A DNA stretch of 64,000 bases, from the NCBI GenBank assembly GCA_965228475.1, contig OZ245817.1:128001-192000 (forward strand), given 5' to 3'. The notes beneath the pieces were generated by a model. It saw only the letters and a program-made list of their open reading frames with translations, searched no databases and was not told where the DNA came from. This DNA is from Myxococcota bacterium (lineage in GTDB: Bacteria; Myxococcota_A; UBA9160; JAFDDA01). Below are positions 60,337 to 64,000 of this stretch, piece after piece. Position 1 is the first letter of the stretch; each line of letters starts with the position of its first letter. The position numbers and the translations under genes were made by a program.

Positions 60337-61746
60337 CTAGCTCGCCAGGGCCAGGACCTCGTCGAGACCCTCTTCGAGGCAGCTCGCCAGCCGGTCCGCG
60401 TCGGTGACGGCCGCCGCGTCGCTGGTGATGCCGACGTGGGCCGCGCCGTCGTAGCTGAAGAGGGTGATGTTGGTCGCCGCACCGCTCGGCGGGCCGAAGG
60501 GGATCATGGAGAGGATCTTCGCGCCCGCCACGTAGACCGGGAAGTTCGGCCCCGGGACGTTGCTCGTCACGAAGTCGACGGCCTTCATCATCGAGCCGAA
60601 GGCGCTCGTGGCGGCGGGCGCCGGCAGCCGGTTCAGGGCGCCGGCGATGACGTCGAGGGCGGGGAGCGAGGGCTCCGCGCGCTCCCGGGCGACCCGGGCG
60701 TGAATCTCCCGCATCCGTTCGAGGGGGTCGCGCAGGCCGACGGGAATGGCGAAGCGGACCGGGGCGAACTGGTTCCCGGCCTTCCGTGCGTTCTCTCCGT
60801 GGCGGAGGTTCACCGGCATGCTCATGCGCAGCTCGGTCACGCTCTGGCCGAGCGCTTCGTGGTAGCGTCGCAGGCCGCCGGCCACGCCCGCGACGAAGGC
60901 GTCGTTCACCGTGCCGTCGACGCGTTTGCCTGCGGCCTTCAGCAGGGAGAGCGGGCGCGAGAACATGTGAAGGCGGCGGGTGAGGCCGCGCCCGGTCATG
61001 ACCGGGCTCATCGGCTCCGAGACCGGGGCGAGCAGGCGCCCCGCCGAGCCCGCGAGCTCCGCCGCGTTCTGGATCGAGCTCCTCGGGTGGCGCACCAGGC
61101 TCGAGAGCCCCTGCACCACGGCTGCGGCGGCGGTCTTGCCCTGTTCGAGCCGCCGCGACGCCTGGAAGCGCAGCGCGTCGAGGGTTTCGTCGATCGGGCT
61201 CCAGGGTTCGGGCACCGGCTCGACCGGAACCTCGGGCGCGTTCGGCGAAGCGGCTTCGGGTTCGCGGCTGCGCTCGATCAGGTGCGCGGTCATGCGGACC
61301 AGCCCGACGCCGTCGGACATGGCGTGGTGGATCTTCAAGAGCGCCCCGGCCTGGCCGCCCTCGAGCCCCTCGACCAGGACGAGTTCCCAGAGCGGGCGGT
61401 CCGTGTCGAAGGCCTGCATGGCGATGGGTTCCGCCACGTCGAGGAAGTCGCGCACGGTGCCTTTGCCCGGAGCGCCAACGCGGCGCACGTGGTAGGCGAG
61501 ATCGAAGTAGGGGTCCTCTTCCCAGCGCGGCGGGGCGACGCCGAGCGGATCGGTCGCGACGCGCTGCCGTAGGCGCGGGATCAGACGGGCGGTGTGTTCG
61601 ACCTTGGCGCGCGCCCGGTCGAGATCCGGCGCGCGGTCGAGCAGCCAGGCGCTCACGATGGTGGAACGCAGGAGCGGGTCGCGCTCGATCGTCCAGGTCA
61701 GGGCATCGCTGTCGCCCATCCGCTCTTCGTAGACGGTCTCCGCCAC
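60337..61746 (-). CDS. Wax ester synthase/diacylglycerol acyltransferase
   Basis: RPLWE, HHAMSDG, TVND, SNVPGP. Confidence 0.92.
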   Translation of the reverse strand: MAETVYEERMGDSDALTWTIERDPLLRSTIVSAWLLDRAPDLDRARAKVEHTARLIPRLRQRVATDPLGVAPPRWEEDPYFDLAYHVRRVGAPGKGTVRDFLDVAEPIAMQAFDTDRPLWELVLVEGLEGGQAGALLKIHHAMSDGVGLVRMTAHLIERSREPEAASPNAPEVPVEPVPEPWSPIDETLDALRFQASRRLEQGKTAAAAVVQGLSSLVRHPRSSIQNAAELAGSAGRLLAPVSEPMSPVMTGRGLTRRLHMFSRPLSLLKAAGKRVDGTVNDAFVAGVAGGLRRYHEALGQSVTELRMSMPVNLRHGENARKAGNQFAPVRFAIPVGLRDPLERMREIHARVARERAEPSLPALDVIAGALNRLPAPAATSAFGSMMKAVDFVTSNVPGPNFPVYVAGAKILSMIPFGPPSGAATNITLFSYDGAAHVGITSDAAAVTDADRLASCLEEGLDEVLALAS

Positions 61747-61841
61747 GCTCGGCCTCCGGATCCCCCGCCCGGCATCATACCCCGCGCCGGGGCTCCGGGT
61801 GGGCCGCGCGTCCCGCAGGGCCTGCGAGCTATCCTGCCGGG

Positions 61842-62261
61842 ATGCGATACCTGCACACGATGGTCCGCGTGAGCGACCTGGACGCTTCCCTCGACTTCTA
61901 CTGCAACCAGCTCGGCCTCTCGGAGGTCCGCCGCATCGACGTGGAGGCGGGGCGATTCACCCTGGTCTTCCTCGGCGCGCCCGGAAACCCCGAGGTCCAC
62001 GTCGAGCTCACCCACAACTGGGACCCGGAGGAGTACGGCGGCGGGCGCAACTTCGGCCACCTGGCCTACGCCGTGGACGACATCTACGCCCTCTGCCAGA
62101 AGCTCATGGACGCGGGCGTCACCATCAACCGGCCGCCGCGGGACGGCCACATGGCCTTCGTCCGCTCCCCGGACGGCATCTCGATCGAGCTGCTCCAGGA
62201 TGGCGATGCGCTCCCGCCGAAGGAGCCCTGGGCGTCGATGCCGAACACCGGCGAGTGGTAG
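61842..62261 (+). CDS. gloA: Lactoylglutathione lyase (glyoxalase I)
   Basis: [28 protein letters not shown]. Confidence 0.88.
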   Translation: MRYLHTMVRVSDLDASLDFYCNQLGLSEVRRIDVEAGRFTLVFLGAPGNPEVHVELTHNWDPEEYGGGRNFGHLAYAVDDIYALCQKLMDAGVTINRPPRDGHMAFVRSPDGISIELLQDGDALPPKEPWASMPNTGEW

Positions 62262-62298
62262 GCGCTTTTCGCGTGCGCGGCCGCGGCGTTTCGGCCCG

Positions 62299-62754
62299 CT
62301 AGAGCGCCGCTGCGACGGCGTCGGGCACGGCGTAGGCGCGCTTGAACGCTTCGGGCATGCGCCGCGGCCGGCCGGTCTCGAGGCAGATGCAGGCGTAGAC
62401 GAAGTCCCCGCGGAAGACGGTCGTACCGTCCCGGGCCCGGACGATCTGGAAGCGCCGCGTGGCGCGCAGGCGCTCGTCGTTCCCGACCATCCAGACGGCG
62501 ACCCGCAGCACGTCGCCCTCGTGGCACGCGGCGCTGTAGTGGAGCGTGGCGCGGTGCACGGCCATGGCACGTCCGAGCTTCTGCCACTCCGGAAAGCCGC
62601 AGCCGAGCACCTCGGTGTGGGCCCAGCCGGCGTCCTCGCACCAGCGCAGGTATGCGGCGTTGTTCGCGTGGCCGAGCCGGTCGATGTCCTCGGGCGCGAC
62701 CGTGCGCTCCCGCACGAAGGGCTCCGGGAGGTCGTACGCGGGCGCCGCGCTCAT
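62299..62754 (-). CDS. Acyl-CoA thioesterase (4HBT family)
   Basis: DIDRLGHANNAAY. Confidence 0.88.
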   Translation of the reverse strand: MSAAPAYDLPEPFVRERTVAPEDIDRLGHANNAAYLRWCEDAGWAHTEVLGCGFPEWQKLGRAMAVHRATLHYSAACHEGDVLRVAVWMVGNDERLRATRRFQIVRARDGTTVFRGDFVYACICLETGRPRRMPEAFKRAYAVPDAVAAAL

Positions 62755-63746
62755 GCCTCGAGCGAGAGCCAGAGGCGCAGGAGATGGCGGCGCAGGGCCG
62801 GGTCCGGGTCGTCCTCGTACTCGGTCCGCGCGTGGAGGACGACGTGGTTCGAGAGCCACTGGACGTCGCCGGGCGCGAGGTCCATGTCGAGGTAGAACTC
62901 GGGGCTCGCGGCGATGGCCTCGTAGCGGTCGAGCAGCGCGGCTTCCTCGGCGGTGAACTCCGGCACGTCGTCGAAGCGCTGCACGGAGCGGAAGTAGTCG
63001 CTGTGATAGAAGGTGCGGAGGCGGCCCGCCGCGTGGCGACAGGGCGGGATCGGCAGGTAGCGCAGCTCGCCCTTCGAATCCTCGTTGCGCACGTCGAGCA
63101 GGAACGGTTCGTAGAGGCGGGCCACGGCGTCGGGCCGCTCGGCGAGCAGGGCGTTGTAGACCGAGACGGAGCTCACGATCCGGCTCGCGCCGCCGCTGCG
63201 TGCCGCCCGCAGGCAGAGCAGCCCGACGACGTCCGCCGCGTCGCAGTGGTAGGCGATGTTCGACTTCGTGCGGTAGAGGCGCACGAACGGGTCGCTCGCA
63301 TCGTCGCCGGTGTCGACGACGTGGCCGAGCAGGTCGCCCTGGGGGTTCTGGGCACCCGGCCGTCCCATGTGGAGCCCGATGCACCAGAACATGCGCTCGG
63401 CGTCTTCCTGGGAGAGGGCGTCGACGGGGAAACCCGAAACGACCTGGAAGCCGCGCCCGTCCTGGATCTCGGCGCGCCATCGCGCGATCTGCGCGGCGAG
63501 GCTCGGCAGCGGGAAGTCCTCCCGCGTGAGCTCGCCGGTCGGCTTGCCGGTCCCGGCGGCGTGCTCGAGGGCGGCGTGCAGCTCGGCCCGGTGGTTCTCG
63601 GACAGGGAGTCGCGCCAGGCGTCGCTCGCCGCGAGCTCCGGTCCGCGCCAGGCGGCCGGGGTCTCGAGAGGCTCGTGCAGAACGGACTCGTGGGGCCGTC
63701 CGAAGTAGTGGGCGGCCTGCTCGGCGTAGCTCTTGTAGGACTCCAC
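62751..63746 (-). CDS. TauD/TfdA-family Fe(II)/2OG dioxygenase
   Basis: HCD..DVVGLLC, NH..LHART, RHLLRLW. Confidence 0.88.
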   Translation of the reverse strand: MESYKSYAEQAAHYFGRPHESVLHEPLETPAAWRGPELAASDAWRDSLSENHRAELHAALEHAAGTGKPTGELTREDFPLPSLAAQIARWRAEIQDGRGFQVVSGFPVDALSQEDAERMFWCIGLHMGRPGAQNPQGDLLGHVVDTGDDASDPFVRLYRTKSNIAYHCDAADVVGLLCLRAARSGGASRIVSSVSVYNALLAERPDAVARLYEPFLLDVRNEDSKGELRYLPIPPCRHAAGRLRTFYHSDYFRSVQRFDDVPEFTAEEAALLDRYEAIAASPEFYLDMDLAPGDVQWLSNHVVLHARTEYEDDPDPALRRHLLRLWLSLEA

Positions 63747-63780
63747 GCCCCGAGTCTAGCAGCGACCCGCCCCGGTCCGT

Positions 63781-64000
63781 TCAGACGTTGGCGCGCTCGC
63801 GCATGGCGATCACGTCGTCCGCGTTCCCCGCGACGATCAGGAGATCGCCGGGCTGGAGGACCTCCGTTCCGCGCGGAGGGATCAGTACGTCCTTCCCCGG
63901 CCGTTCGAGGGAGACGAAGGACATGCGCGCGTCGTCCCGGCGGCCGTAGGTCTGGAGGGCGACGCCGGCGAGAGCCGAGCCCTCCTTGATGGTCACCTCT
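63781..64000 (-). CDS. C-terminal TrkA-C (RCK-C) domain of a gene truncated by the window edge
   Basis: GSALAG..L, IPPRGTEVLQPGDLLIVAG. Confidence 0.7.
   Translation of the reverse strand, partial: EVTIKEGSALAGVALQTYGRRDDARMSFVSLERPGKDVLIPPRGTEVLQPGDLLIVAGNADDVIAMRERANV

Noticed and set aside
62751..63746. TauD-family gene as part of the sulfonate pathway
   Set aside because: Separated from the SQ operon by unrelated genes; family membership does not give substrate

Overview
Very GC-rich, gene-dense bacterial chromosomal segment. The gene repertoire (DUF3604, F420-type LLM, WS/DGAT, PEP-CTERM, sigma54 systems) suggests a Myxococcota/deltaproteobacteria-like lineage, which is an inference. 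About 67 credible CDSs and one tRNA were found; no rRNA, CRISPR array, integrase or transposase. Main points: (1) a TPR/beta-barrel + FecR-like + CHASE2 adenylate cyclase trans-envelope module divergent from a PEP-CTERM protein; (2) a sigma54/IHF-promoter operon of a dead membrane pseudo-kinase, an NtrC-type activator and PspA; (3) a compact lipoprotein carrying all catalytic motifs of animal-type protein-arginine deiminases; (4) a probable sulfoquinovose monooxygenase operon (SmoB/SmoC/GH188-like) coupled to dusB; (5) a tRNA-Arg with the uncommon GCG anticodon; (6) a FixL-like heme-PAS/GAF/degenerate GGDEF protein; (7) many apparent leaderless promoters, a recurring sigma28-like motif, two mini-ORF translational relays, and small genes missing from or mis-started in the ORF track. 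All family assignments come from motif recognition by eye; no searches were run.
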